The notes beneath the pieces were generated by a model. The model saw only the letters and a program-made list of their open reading frames with translations, was not told the DNA's origin and searched no databases. Of a stretch of DNA of 64,000 nucleotides, positions 1-9,079 are shown piece after piece. Every line of letters starts with the position of its first letter. Position 1 is the stretch's first letter. The position numbers and the translations under genes are program-made. The stretch spans positions 77,863-141,862 of the forward strand of contig JALWTO010000040.1 in NCBI GenBank assembly GCA_027082825.1. The letters are read 5' to 3'. This stretch comes from Acidilobaceae archaeon (lineage in GTDB: Archaea; Thermoproteota; Thermoprotei_A; Sulfolobales; Acidilobaceae).

Positions 1-369
1 TCTTTTCAAATCCTTGGCAGCCTTTGAAGCCTTTATCATTACGGTTTCTGGTCCAAGATAAGTACTTTTCCTGAACACCATTCTCCTATGATCTTCTAGC
101 TTCATCTTTGGACTCCCATATCCTACTACCGAATCACAAGCATCCCCACTACATAGGACAACGATAAGAAGACCTCCAAACTTAAGTCCTTCCTTAAGCC
201 ATCTTGGAAGATCGACAGCAGATATTTCAGATTTTATTCCTATTATGCAATCTCCCTTAGGCGTCAGATAATCATCTTTTGTTATTTCAAAAGTCCCCTC
301 ATGAAAGGCCTTGATGTTTTCATGTCCCTTGGCTCTGAACCTAAACCATTTTGTTGAGAACTCTTTCAA
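1..369 (-). CDS. DUF371-like protein (partial; C-terminal end runs off the window)
   Basis: Absent from the ORF track because it is open-ended. Reverse-strand translation from TTG at 369 (in-frame TAA just upstream) gives LKEFSTKWFRFRAKGHENIKAFHEGTFEITKDDYLTPKGDCIIGIKSEISAVDLP..., 123 codons to the window edge. The KGHxNIxAxHxxTFEITKD...GDCIIG pattern recalls the DUF371 family. Confidence 0.5.
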   Translation of the reverse strand, partial: MKEFSTKWFRFRAKGHENIKAFHEGTFEITKDDYLTPKGDCIIGIKSEISAVDLPRWLKEGLKFGGLLIVVLCSGDACDSVVGYGSPKMKLEDHRRMVFRKSTYLGPETVMIKASKAAKDLKR

Positions 370-426
370 AAGGCTTCCACCAGATTTAAGCCTAGTTTAA
401 CCAATAGATATACCTGATGACAGAAG

Positions 427-1113
427 TTGAGCTTCGAAGAGAAAAGAAGAAGACTTATTTCAATGCTTGAGAATGAAAGATACATTATTACAGACAAGGT
501 TAAAAAAGCTATGTTGAAAGTCCCTCGAGAACTCTTTGTCACAGAAGAATATAGGAATCTTTCCTATAGCGACAGACCTTTACCCATAGGACATGGACAG
601 ACAATAAGTGCTCCAAGTATAGTTGCTTATATGACAGAGCTCCTCAAGGCTGAAGTCGGTCACAAGGTTTTGGAGATAGGAACTGGTAGTGGATATCAAG
701 CAGCTGTGTTGGCAGAGGTAGTAGCTCCTGACAAAATACAAAAGAAGTTCTGGGGCCATGTATTTTCTGTGGAGAGAATACCCGAACTTGCTAAACTCGC
801 AATAAGAAATCTTAGTAAAGCAGGATATTCGAATAGGGTTACAGTCATTGTTGGTGATGGAACAGAAGGATTTAAGGATGAAGCACCTTATGATAGAATA
901 ATAGTAACGGCTGCAGCTCCAGATATACCAGAACCTCTTTTAGACCAACTTAAGCCAGGAGGTATAATGGTCATTCCGATAGGTTCGAAGTGGGAGCAGA
1001 ACCTTGTTGTTATTGAAAAGGAACAAGGCGAAAGAGTTAAAATAAGAAGAGATATTGATGTAATATTTGTTCCACTTATAGGAAAACATGGATGGGATGA
1101 ATTTTGTAGATAA
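427..1113 (+). CDS. pcm: protein-L-isoaspartate O-methyltransferase
   Basis: 228 aa with a TTG start. N-terminal RELFV...DRPLPIGHGQTISAPSIVAYM and SAM motif EIGTGSGYQAAVLAE are typical of PIMT. Confidence 0.85.
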   Translation: MSFEEKRRRLISMLENERYIITDKVKKAMLKVPRELFVTEEYRNLSYSDRPLPIGHGQTISAPSIVAYMTELLKAEVGHKVLEIGTGSGYQAAVLAEVVAPDKIQKKFWGHVFSVERIPELAKLAIRNLSKAGYSNRVTVIVGDGTEGFKDEAPYDRIIVTAAAPDIPEPLLDQLKPGGIMVIPIGSKWEQNLVVIEKEQGERVKIRRDIDVIFVPLIGKHGWDEFCR

Positions 1114-1320
1114 GTATTAAAGGACAAAGTAAACCGTTTTCTTTCTTAAGGCCTTTTATGTCTCTGCAACCAATTTATCTTTCTCTAAACCTTAATCCCA
1201 CTTATCGGGGAGCAGGCAATATCATTACTTAGATAGAAATCATTATCAATAATTCTTTATAAATTTGAAAATACAATAGAATCTGAAGAGGCTTGAAAGA
1301 TTATAAAACAGAAACTGTGT

Positions 1321-3198
1321 CTAAACTTTTAGGCTTGCCAGTTGTTCATGCACTATATGGGAAAGTGATAGTATAACATCTTCAACAGTAACTATACCAA
1401 TATATTTGTTGTCCTCGGTAACAATGACATAATCAGTTCCATAATTTATCATCTCTTCCAGGACTTGATCCACTGGTGTATCACCTGAAACCGTTGGAGG
1501 ACTCTTAAGCTGTATGAATCCAACTGTTATCTCTGGTTGTCTTTCTAGTATATGAAGCATTGAAGGTAAATCACCTTCATCTATGACAGCCACCAACATT
1601 CCCTTCTTGTCGACAACAGGAACAGCCCTTACTCTGTGTCTTGTCAAATCTTCAATTGCATCAACAAGAAGGGAATCTTCAGTAACAGGTCTTACTCTGC
1701 GATTCACAAGATGTTTTGCAAGCAAGTCTATCTTAAGTCCTTTAGACTTTATAATATTCAAGAGGCCCTCAGCTCCAACAATCTCAGTACGAAGTCTCTC
1801 CTTTAGCTGAGATTCATAAATGCTATATTCTCCTGTAAGCTCTCTGGCAACTATTGCCCCTATTAGGGATGGAACTATGAGAAGATAATTCCTACCCATT
1901 TCAGCAACCATTATCGATGTCGCAAAGGGGACATTTGCTGCAGCCCCAAAGAAGACAGCCATACCTATATATGCATAAACAGTAGGACTTATTGGAGCTA
2001 TCTTATAACCTATAAGATAGCCATAGCTAGCACCAACAAGCGCACCAGCCAGTATACTTGGTGCAAAAACACCACCACTACCACCAGATCCTATCGAAAA
2101 GCTCGTGGCTGTTATCTTCAGTACTCCTATTGCTAATAATGAAAGCCAAAGAGGAAGACCAAAGAGCTTGAAATATCCAAGTTTCCCTACTTCGCTGAAT
2201 TCAAGAAAATGAGAGAGAAGACCTTTTCCAGGACCCAGGACATGGGGTACCCATAGAGCAATTATACCAGTTACAAGGCCTCCTATAATCGGTTTTGCAT
2301 ACACAGTCATACCTCTCTTAACTAAGCCGTCAAATGTGTCCCTGACCTTGTAAAACAGTTTCACGTAAAAGAGTGAGAAGGGAGCTATAAAAGCTCCCAT
2401 TATTATGAGTGCAATCAAACCTCTTGGACTGTAGAGTACCGCAAGATTTTCATGAATTTCTGGTAGAAGAGGCTTAAAATGATATAGAGGAGCTGTTGCT
2501 GCGTATGCAACGCTTGAAGCTATTACTGCTGGTATAAAGGCTTGAGCTTCAAAGTCCCTTCTATATAGAACCTCGACAGCAAAGAGAGCAGTTCCTATAG
2601 GAGCTCTGAAGAGAACAGAGAGAGCAGCAGCTATTCCTGAGACAAGTGCTATCCTTCTTGCTTGAAAAGGCAGTTTAAGAATTTTCCTTGCTAAGACTGA
2701 AGCAATTCCAGCACCCATCTGGGCACTTGGACCCTCAACCCCACCACTACCACCAAAGCCTATTGTTGCAGCTGATGCAGCTGCCTTGATTAACGGGACC
2801 TTTAATGTGATTATTGCAGCCCTCTTATGGAAGGCACTTATTGCAGCATCAGTTCCATGCCCCTCGGCCTCAGGAGCATATTTATAGACAAGATAGGAGC
2901 TTATCGCGGCTCCTGCAACAACAAGGACTATAACAAGTGGATTCTTCATTCCATGTTCTACTGCAGCAAGTGCTATGTCATAGAGAAATGAAAATGGTTT
3001 ATTATTTATCCCTAAAAGCCAAGCAATAAATCCCTCTGTGTAATGTAAAAGTAGATAGAAGGCATATGCAAAGTATCCAGCCCCAAGACCTATTACTGTT
3101 GAGATAACTAACCATCTTTCAGAGTAAGCTAATTTAGATAATGATCTCATCAATGAACCGTTGCTATTACCATCGTCATTGTTCATGATTGTCACCAT
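1321..3198 (-). CDS. ClC-family chloride channel/antiporter with C-terminal CBS pair
   Basis: 625-aa polytopic membrane ORF with ClC-type segments GHGTDAAI, GGSGGVEGPSAQMG and GGSGGVFAPS. The soluble C-terminal ~150 aa resemble a CBS-domain pair. Confidence 0.8.
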   Translation of the reverse strand: MVTIMNNDDGNSNGSLMRSLSKLAYSERWLVISTVIGLGAGYFAYAFYLLLHYTEGFIAWLLGINNKPFSFLYDIALAAVEHGMKNPLVIVLVVAGAAISSYLVYKYAPEAEGHGTDAAISAFHKRAAIITLKVPLIKAAASAATIGFGGSGGVEGPSAQMGAGIASVLARKILKLPFQARRIALVSGIAAALSVLFRAPIGTALFAVEVLYRRDFEAQAFIPAVIASSVAYAATAPLYHFKPLLPEIHENLAVLYSPRGLIALIIMGAFIAPFSLFYVKLFYKVRDTFDGLVKRGMTVYAKPIIGGLVTGIIALWVPHVLGPGKGLLSHFLEFSEVGKLGYFKLFGLPLWLSLLAIGVLKITATSFSIGSGGSGGVFAPSILAGALVGASYGYLIGYKIAPISPTVYAYIGMAVFFGAAANVPFATSIMVAEMGRNYLLIVPSLIGAIVARELTGEYSIYESQLKERLRTEIVGAEGLLNIIKSKGLKIDLLAKHLVNRRVRPVTEDSLLVDAIEDLTRHRVRAVPVVDKKGMLVAVIDEGDLPSMLHILERQPEITVGFIQLKSPPTVSGDTPVDQVLEEMINYGTDYVIVTEDNKYIGIVTVEDVILSLSHIVHEQLASLKV

Positions 3199-3316
3199 TG
3201 TTGGCTTTTCTCGCCACTATACCTCCATTCATGAATTTTCAGTTACGATATTAGGCTAAAAAATTAACTAAATTTAGAAAAGTAGTTTAACTAGATTGTA
3301 CTTTAAAAATAAAGAA

Positions 3317-4879
3317 TTACTTTAATGAATCTATAACCCCTTTATCTCTGAGCACTTTAACACGCCATGAAGGAGTGACTGTCCTTGGATGGTTTGCTTT
3401 CACATTATCTATTCTTCTTACACCGACATTAAGAGGTCTTGACTTGACCTTTAAGGGATTCCTCCTTGCCTCCTTTTCTATGTCAGCTAAAGCCTTGGCA
3501 TACGCTTCTAAGTTTTCCTTCGTTTCTGTATCGGTAAACTCTATCATCAAAGCTTCAGGGACTATTAACGGAAAATATATCGTTGGAGCATAAAATCCTC
3601 TATCAAGGAGACCTTTAGCTATATCTTCGGCAGTAACTCCTGTTTCTTTCTTTAAGGGCTCCGCACTTAACACAGTCTCATGTTTTCTAAATCTTCCCTG
3701 GCCATGAGTTAGAGAGTAACCCTTAGCTCCAAGTTTTTTCAGGAGCTTCATAAAATAGTTTGTATTAAGAACAGCAGTCTCTGTAACTTCCTTGAGTCCT
3801 TTGGACCCTAATGCAAGGATATAAAGAAAGCCCCATATAAGAGGGCCTATATTTGCATAAAAAGCTCTGAGTCTGCCTGGCGAATATTTTGGCATATAAA
3901 TCCTATAATTACCATTTTTGCCTTTGATAACTAAAGGACCGGGAATTATGTCACTAAGCCTTATATCGTTTTTAACAATTCTATTCTTAACACAGACAGG
4001 ACCGGCTCCTGGACCCCCTCCACCATGTGGAGAAGAAAAAGTCTTGTGAATATTTATATGAGCTATGTCAAATCCCATGTCTCCTGGTCTTGCATATCCC
4101 ATTATTCCATTTAAATTTGCCCCATCATAGTACAGGAGACCATCAACTTTGTGGACAAGTTTTTCCATAGTTAATATATTTTCCTCAAAGAGCCCCAAAG
4201 TGCTTGGGTTTGTGAGCATTAGACCAGCGGTCCTCTTGTTTATAGCAGCTTCAAGCGCCTCAATATCAACATTTCCATCATGAAAAGTAGGTATCTCAAT
4301 AACCTTGAAGCCCCCCATTGAAGCACTTGCTGGATTCGTACCATGTGCACTATCTGGAACTACAATTTCATCTTTATACTCTTGCCCTTTAAGGTCATGA
4401 TATCTTCTAATAGTTACTATTCCAGTAAACTCTCCTTGAGCTCCAGCAGCCGGATGTAACGTGCAGACATCCATACCAATAATGTTTGCTAACCATTTCT
4501 GAAGGTTGTACATGATTTCCAAAATTCCCTGAACAGTTTCCTCATCCTGCAAAGGATGGAGAAGAGTTATTCTAGAATCTTCAGTATACTTTAACATAAG
4601 CTTTGGATTATATTTCATTGTACAGCTTCCAAGGGGAACAGGTCCAGAGTCTATTCCATAAGACATTTCAGATAGTCTCATAAAATGTCTGGCAACTTCG
4701 ACCTCGCTTAGCTCTGGAAGCCTTGGAAGACTCTTCCTAAGGACCTCTTCAGGAATTATGATGTTCCCAACTGCTTTTTTTATTTCATCTTCAACTTCAG
4801 GAATTATAATTCCTTTTCTTCCTGTATGGCCTAGTTCAAAAATGATAGGTTCATCCCATCTTGCCTGTCTGAAGTCCAA
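3317..4879 (-). CDS. gcvPB: glycine dehydrogenase (decarboxylating) subunit 2 (P-protein, C-terminal half)
   Basis: 520 aa with a TTG start. Has the PLP-lysine context NIHKTFSSPHGGGGPGAGP and SCTMKYNP typical of GcvPB. No gcvPA lies upstream. Confidence 0.85.
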   Translation of the reverse strand: MDFRQARWDEPIIFELGHTGRKGIIIPEVEDEIKKAVGNIIIPEEVLRKSLPRLPELSEVEVARHFMRLSEMSYGIDSGPVPLGSCTMKYNPKLMLKYTEDSRITLLHPLQDEETVQGILEIMYNLQKWLANIIGMDVCTLHPAAGAQGEFTGIVTIRRYHDLKGQEYKDEIVVPDSAHGTNPASASMGGFKVIEIPTFHDGNVDIEALEAAINKRTAGLMLTNPSTLGLFEENILTMEKLVHKVDGLLYYDGANLNGIMGYARPGDMGFDIAHINIHKTFSSPHGGGGPGAGPVCVKNRIVKNDIRLSDIIPGPLVIKGKNGNYRIYMPKYSPGRLRAFYANIGPLIWGFLYILALGSKGLKEVTETAVLNTNYFMKLLKKLGAKGYSLTHGQGRFRKHETVLSAEPLKKETGVTAEDIAKGLLDRGFYAPTIYFPLIVPEALMIEFTDTETKENLEAYAKALADIEKEARRNPLKVKSRPLNVGVRRIDNVKANHPRTVTPSWRVKVLRDKGVIDSLK

Positions 4880-5238
4880 TCTTATCTACCGTATTTTTAA
4901 AAAGATCGAAACAGCAAAAAAAGCCCTTCTAGTCCCTATGGTAACGAACATCATTAAGTGATTTCCTATTACATGGGCTACGAACTAAGCTACTGTCTTC
5001 GTAAAGTGCTTATAGATGAAAGAAATTTGTTTTTTGAAAATCTCTTACTAAGATAGATGTTTATAGTGCCTTCGTTAAGAGTTCTATATCACTAACAGCC
5101 TATTACTGATTAGGGGTGCCTGTACCTTTTTGTTTTCGTTGATACATCTGTGCTATTAATAAAATCAATCACAAGGTGTTGAAAGACCCTACTAAGGCTA
5201 ATGACATTGTCTTATTGAACTATCATAAAAATCAGCAG

Positions 5239-5340
5239 ATGTACCCGCGACTGGAGGCTGAGAGACTCATCCTTGGGGCTTTGCCCCAAGTGGTCCCCGC
5301 GCCGCCGCCGGGAAGCCGCGGGTAGCCCTAGGGCTCGTGA
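5239..5340. ncRNA. GC-rich structured element of unknown class (candidate stable RNA or protein-binding palindrome cluster)
   Basis: A ~100-nt island, clearly more GC-rich than its AT-rich non-coding surroundings. Closing helix TACCCGCG (5242-5249) / CGCGGGTA (5317-5324). Perfect 8-bp hairpin CTTGGGGC-TTT-GCCCCAAG (5272-5290). Hairpin TGAG-AGA-CTCA (5259-5269). 12-bp palindrome AGCCCTAGGGCT (5324-5335). Strand and class undetermined. Confidence 0.3.
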
Positions 5341-5448
5341 TAACATGTCTACAGGTAAAACTAAATAATTTTAATTATCTAAGGAGTCTGCCCTGCGCGG
5401 GCTCTTCATTGATCTTCATTAGAAAAATCTCTGCCCTTTCGAGCCTCT

Positions 5449-6084
5449 TCATCCTCCAAACTCCACACAAACAAATCCCTCTTTTCCCTCAAAAGATTTA
5501 GGCCTTTCAGGCCTGGGTCTATTCCAAGGCCTATAACCTAGTGTTGCCAAGCTTCTTATATATCTAAATCCAAAGTTCTTAACCAAATCTACCATCTCAT
5601 TAACGAAATAAAATCTAGCTACCTTATAAAAAGGATTACCTGCTATTGAAAGCCTTAAATAAAACCTACTCCACCAACTTTCTCTAGGAACTATACAAAC
5701 TATAAATAAACCATCTTGCCTAACTATTCTTCTGATCTCAGAGAGAACTCTCATAGGATTATCCAAGAAACAAAGAGTTACAATCATTAATACCGTACCC
5801 ACACTTTTATCCTTTAATGGAATATCTTCCCCAACTGCAGCAACAGACTCCACTCCTCTGCCTCTTGCAATTCTTAGCATTGACAAACTGGGATCTATAC
5901 CAAGGTCACAACCAACTTCCCTTGTAAAATATCCACTACCAGAACCTATCTCTACACAAGGCCTTGGCCTTCCCTTAATCATGCATTTTATTATTCTTAG
6001 CTCGTTATGCGCTGTTATGGTATTTTTCCTATACCAGGTATCGTATTTTTCTGCAAACCTTTCAAAGACTTCTATTGAGGACAA
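5449..6084 (-). CDS. class I SAM-dependent methyltransferase
   Basis: 211 aa with SAM motif I VEIGSGSGYF and a downstream VLMIVTLCFLDNPMRVLSEIRRIVRQDGLFIV segment typical of Methyltransf_11-like enzymes. Substrate unknown. Confidence 0.65.
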   Translation of the reverse strand: MSSIEVFERFAEKYDTWYRKNTITAHNELRIIKCMIKGRPRPCVEIGSGSGYFTREVGCDLGIDPSLSMLRIARGRGVESVAAVGEDIPLKDKSVGTVLMIVTLCFLDNPMRVLSEIRRIVRQDGLFIVCIVPRESWWSRFYLRLSIAGNPFYKVARFYFVNEMVDLVKNFGFRYIRSLATLGYRPWNRPRPERPKSFEGKEGFVCVEFGG

Positions 6085-6232
6085 AAAATCACCTTGACAA
6101 AAAGTCTTAAGATAAGCCTATAACTTTTTGTAAATAGCTATTATTGACATAATGGGGGATGTCGAAGCAGGGACGTGCTGAGAAAATGAGGACGGTCTGG
6201 AGCGAGCAGGAACCCCGAGGTGAATCATTGAT

Positions 6233-6970
6233 TTGGTAGCTCTTGCAGGTATTACAGAATCTCTTAAAGAGTTTATAGAAGGTCTCTCATCAAGCTATAG
6301 CTATGGAGGGTTCTTTTTTGCTGCATTTTTCACCAATTTAATTCCATTCTTCCCTGCGATCTATCTAGCGTTTCTAGCCATAGCCTCAGCTGTTACAAAC
6401 AACATCTGGGATATAGTTCTCCTTACTCTCTCAGCTGGAATTGGGGCTGGATTTGGAAAGTCTATGGTGTTTATTGCCTCTGATGTTTTTGGAAGAAAGT
6501 TTATGAAGAAAGAAAAGAGAGAAAACATGAGAAAAATTCTACAAAACTCTAAGACAAGTATTTTGGCCCTGGTCATAGTCTTTGCTGCAACTCCTCTTCC
6601 TGATGATGTTGTCTACATTCCTCTTGGAACTGCAGGATTCAAGTTCTCTACCTTTCTCTTAGGGGTTACTATGGGTAAGGTCATACTCACAGGAATAGTT
6701 ACTGGGATTTCGTCAAGTGCTTCTTGGCTGGCCAAATATGTAACTTCATCTATATCAACTGAAGGCTCCCATAGCCCTGTATTCTGGGGGGTAACCACCT
6801 CAATATATGCGGCCCTAACAGTTTTGCTCATAATAATAGTTTATTATGTAGACTGGGTCAGGGTTACCAAGGCTATTGCTGAAAAAGGATGGAAAGATGG
6901 GGCAATAATTTTTGCAAAAGAGTTTAAGAGAGCTATGAAGGGAAGAGAGAAACCTCAACCTAAAGATTGA
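6233..6970 (+). CDS. integral membrane protein, DedA/TVP38 (VTT-domain)-like
   Basis: 245 aa, TTG start, about 5-6 hydrophobic helices. The central segment ...ATPLPDDVVYIPLGTAGFKFSTFLLGVTMGK... resembles the SNARE-associated/VTT domain. Confidence 0.4.
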   Translation: MVALAGITESLKEFIEGLSSSYSYGGFFFAAFFTNLIPFFPAIYLAFLAIASAVTNNIWDIVLLTLSAGIGAGFGKSMVFIASDVFGRKFMKKEKRENMRKILQNSKTSILALVIVFAATPLPDDVVYIPLGTAGFKFSTFLLGVTMGKVILTGIVTGISSSASWLAKYVTSSISTEGSHSPVFWGVTTSIYAALTVLLIIIVYYVDWVRVTKAIAEKGWKDGAIIFAKEFKRAMKGREKPQPKD

Positions 6971-7022
6971 AACCCTTACTAATGGGCATGGACAACAACC
7001 TATCCTACCCATTGTCAGCCAA

Positions 7023-8234
7023 TTATCTCTCATAGAGTATCAGCTTTTCTGAACTGAAAGTTTTTGCTCCCGCAAAGAGAGATGCTGCTGTAAAGGCAAG
7101 CATAATAAGCTCATGTAGGAGAGTTCTAAGCTTCATCCCCAAAATATAATAATGAATCGCCAAAGCTGCATGTGTAAAAGGTATTGAGTAGAGAACAACC
7201 TTTACCATAAGAGGTAACTTTGAAAGATCAACCAAGAGTGCTGCAAAATATATTACAGCAGCTAAAGATGTGAAGATGACAGCTATGCTCTGACCAGCTC
7301 TCACACTTTGACTTCTTGCAACAAACGGTATTACCGTAGAAGCAGTCATGAAGACAAGTATTGCACTTGTAGTTGCGTGAAGAGCAATAAGACCCAAGGT
7401 GATTTTTAGCCCTGTCCTTGCAAGCAACATGAAATACACTAGTAAGCCTGCTGTATCGGCCATGGCAGCGACAAAACCTATTAGACTAGAGGCAACTAGC
7501 TTGCCTGCAAGGAGCTTCCAAGTCGATGTCGGGGTCATAAGAAGGCTCTCTATGGTCTTCCTCTCCTTCTCACCTAATATTGCATCAGTTATGTAAACTA
7601 TAGCTGGATTGACTACAAAGAAGAGACCTAGCTCTATAAATCTGGCAGTGGTTGCCACTTCAGCCTGTGTTGATGGGGCTGGAGCCCCTCCAGGCCTATA
7701 AAAACCTTCAATCACCCTAACAGGAACAAGAACATTCCAAGGATTAAGCGTTATGTTAGCTCTTTGAGCCAATTTTTCAACTCTCTTATAGGCTAAACCC
7801 CAAGACAAGTCATTAAGTACACCTTTAATCACATTTCTTGCGGTGCTCGCACTAACGCTACCTACAAGAACCCTAAGGTAAACGTTTACCGGTCTTCCAA
7901 TAGATGTCAAGTTCTCGTAGAAACCTTTAGGAAGCAACAGATAGACATCTATATTGGTCAGGTTCTTAAGAGGAGGGCCTACAATAACTTGGGCCTTAAG
8001 GCCCTGTGACCTTAACTTGATTATAGTTTGTGAGGCTATTTTTTCAGCTATGCTTTTGCTCTGGACCTCAGAATACGCAACATAAACGTGAACCAGCTGA
8101 ACTGAGGCCAAAGCTCCGGCAACTAAAGCCAAGGCAGGCATACCAAAAAGTGGCAAAAGTACTGTAGCTGCTAGGGTTCTCCTATCCCTAATAAGATCTA
8201 TAATTTCCTTCCAGGCTATTATCCTAATGCTCAT
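7023..8234 (-). CDS. ABC-2 type transporter permease
   Basis: 403 aa with one N-terminal TM helix, a large extracytoplasmic loop and a C-terminal bundle of about 5 TM helices. Overlaps the upstream ABC ATPase gene by 11 nt. Confidence 0.6.
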   Translation of the reverse strand: MSIRIIAWKEIIDLIRDRRTLAATVLLPLFGMPALALVAGALASVQLVHVYVAYSEVQSKSIAEKIASQTIIKLRSQGLKAQVIVGPPLKNLTNIDVYLLLPKGFYENLTSIGRPVNVYLRVLVGSVSASTARNVIKGVLNDLSWGLAYKRVEKLAQRANITLNPWNVLVPVRVIEGFYRPGGAPAPSTQAEVATTARFIELGLFFVVNPAIVYITDAILGEKERKTIESLLMTPTSTWKLLAGKLVASSLIGFVAAMADTAGLLVYFMLLARTGLKITLGLIALHATTSAILVFMTASTVIPFVARSQSVRAGQSIAVIFTSLAAVIYFAALLVDLSKLPLMVKVVLYSIPFTHAALAIHYYILGMKLRTLLHELIMLAFTAASLFAGAKTFSSEKLILYER

Positions 8235-9021
8235 TTCTTGGACCCTCTGTGGCTCTTATAAACGCTTCCTCTAAATTGTTGGCATTAAACATGTCAAGAG
8301 CTTCGTTGACATTACATGTACATACAACTTTACCTCTATCTATAAATGAGACCTGATCTGCTATGTATTGGGCTTCTAAAAGGTTATGCGTAGTTACTAT
8401 AAGAGTTGAACCTTCTCGGGCAAGATCTCTTAGTAGCCTGCGAACATTTATAGCGGATCTTATGTCAAGCCCCGAAGTTGGCTCATCAAGCACAGCTAGC
8501 AAGGGTTTATGCATCAGTGTTCTTGCTATAAGCAATCTTCTCTTCATACCCTTACTATACCCGCCAGTTCTTTTTTCAAGCACATTTTTTGAAAGACCAG
8601 ATATCTTAGCTCCATTTCTGACAAGTTCTAATGCCTCCTCTCTCTTACCTCCAGTATAAAGCATTGCATAATAGTATAAGTTCTCAATGCCAGTAAGTCT
8701 ATCATAAAGGCTGGCATCTTCAGGAAGATAACCTATAAGCCTCCTGACCTTACTCCAATGAGAATCTCCAGGACTAGCTCCAAGAACCTTTATCCTACCG
8801 TCATCAGCCTTTAAGAGACCCAACATAACTCTGAGGGTTGTAGTTTTCCCAGCACCATTAGGACCAGCAAGAACATGAACAGTTCCTCTTTCTATTCCCA
8901 AGTTTATTTCTTTAAGTATTACCTTCTTCCCTATAATCTTCTTAACCTTTTCCATCCTTATGGCATAAACTTTTTTGTCCAAACGAACCAGTCCCCTTCT
9001 CCTGACCAAGAATATATCCAA
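8224..9021 (-). CDS. ABC transporter ATP-binding protein
   Basis: Walker A GPNGAGKTT, signature-like YSKGMKRRL, Walker B LAVLDEPTSGLD and H-loop TTHN. The real start is probably TTG at 8982 (MDKKVYAIRMEKV...), 9 nt after AGGAGAAGGGGA. Confidence 0.85.
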   Translation of the reverse strand: MDIFLVRRRGLVRLDKKVYAIRMEKVKKIIGKKVILKEINLGIERGTVHVLAGPNGAGKTTTLRVMLGLLKADDGRIKVLGASPGDSHWSKVRRLIGYLPEDASLYDRLTGIENLYYYAMLYTGGKREEALELVRNGAKISGLSKNVLEKRTGGYSKGMKRRLLIARTLMHKPLLAVLDEPTSGLDIRSAINVRRLLRDLAREGSTLIVTTHNLLEAQYIADQVSFIDRGKVVCTCNVNEALDMFNANNLEEAFIRATEGPRNEH

Positions 9022-9079
9022 AATCTCTAACCTTTACATATTATTCAGGTGAGACCCTCCCCTGGGTGACCAAGAATAT
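9003..9079 (+). repeat. exact 13-bp direct repeat TGACCAAGAATAT (9003-9015 and 9067-9079) bracketing a divergent promoter
   Basis: Read directly from the sequence. The two copies are in the same orientation, 64 nt apart, flanking the A/T-rich core TTTACATATTATT (9034-9046). Confidence 0.6.

Noticed and set aside
5239-5325. 28-codon ORF (MYPRLEAERLILGALPQVVPAPPPGSRG*) spanning the GC-rich island.
   Set aside because: GC-rich codon usage is completely unlike the rest of the window, there is no SD, and the region is better explained by base-paired structure.
5239-5410. Canonical tRNA, or tRNA with a long variable arm or intron, in the GC-rich island.
   Set aside because: A 7-8-bp closing helix exists. 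But neither strand has a T-loop (GTTCRANYC) or a D-loop GG with a 4-bp D-stem at the right spacing. The central hairpin has a 3-nt loop, not a 7-nt anticodon loop. A split or permuted tRNA cannot be excluded without a covariance scan.
6150-6232. GC-enriched stretch upstream of the membrane-protein gene, tested as a C/D-box sRNA or a 17-codon uORF (MRTVWSEQEPRGESLIW*).
   Set aside because: CTGA (6178-6181) and AUGAGGA are present. But there is no proper terminal C box (RUGAUGA) or D box at the required spacing, and the uORF has no supporting signal.
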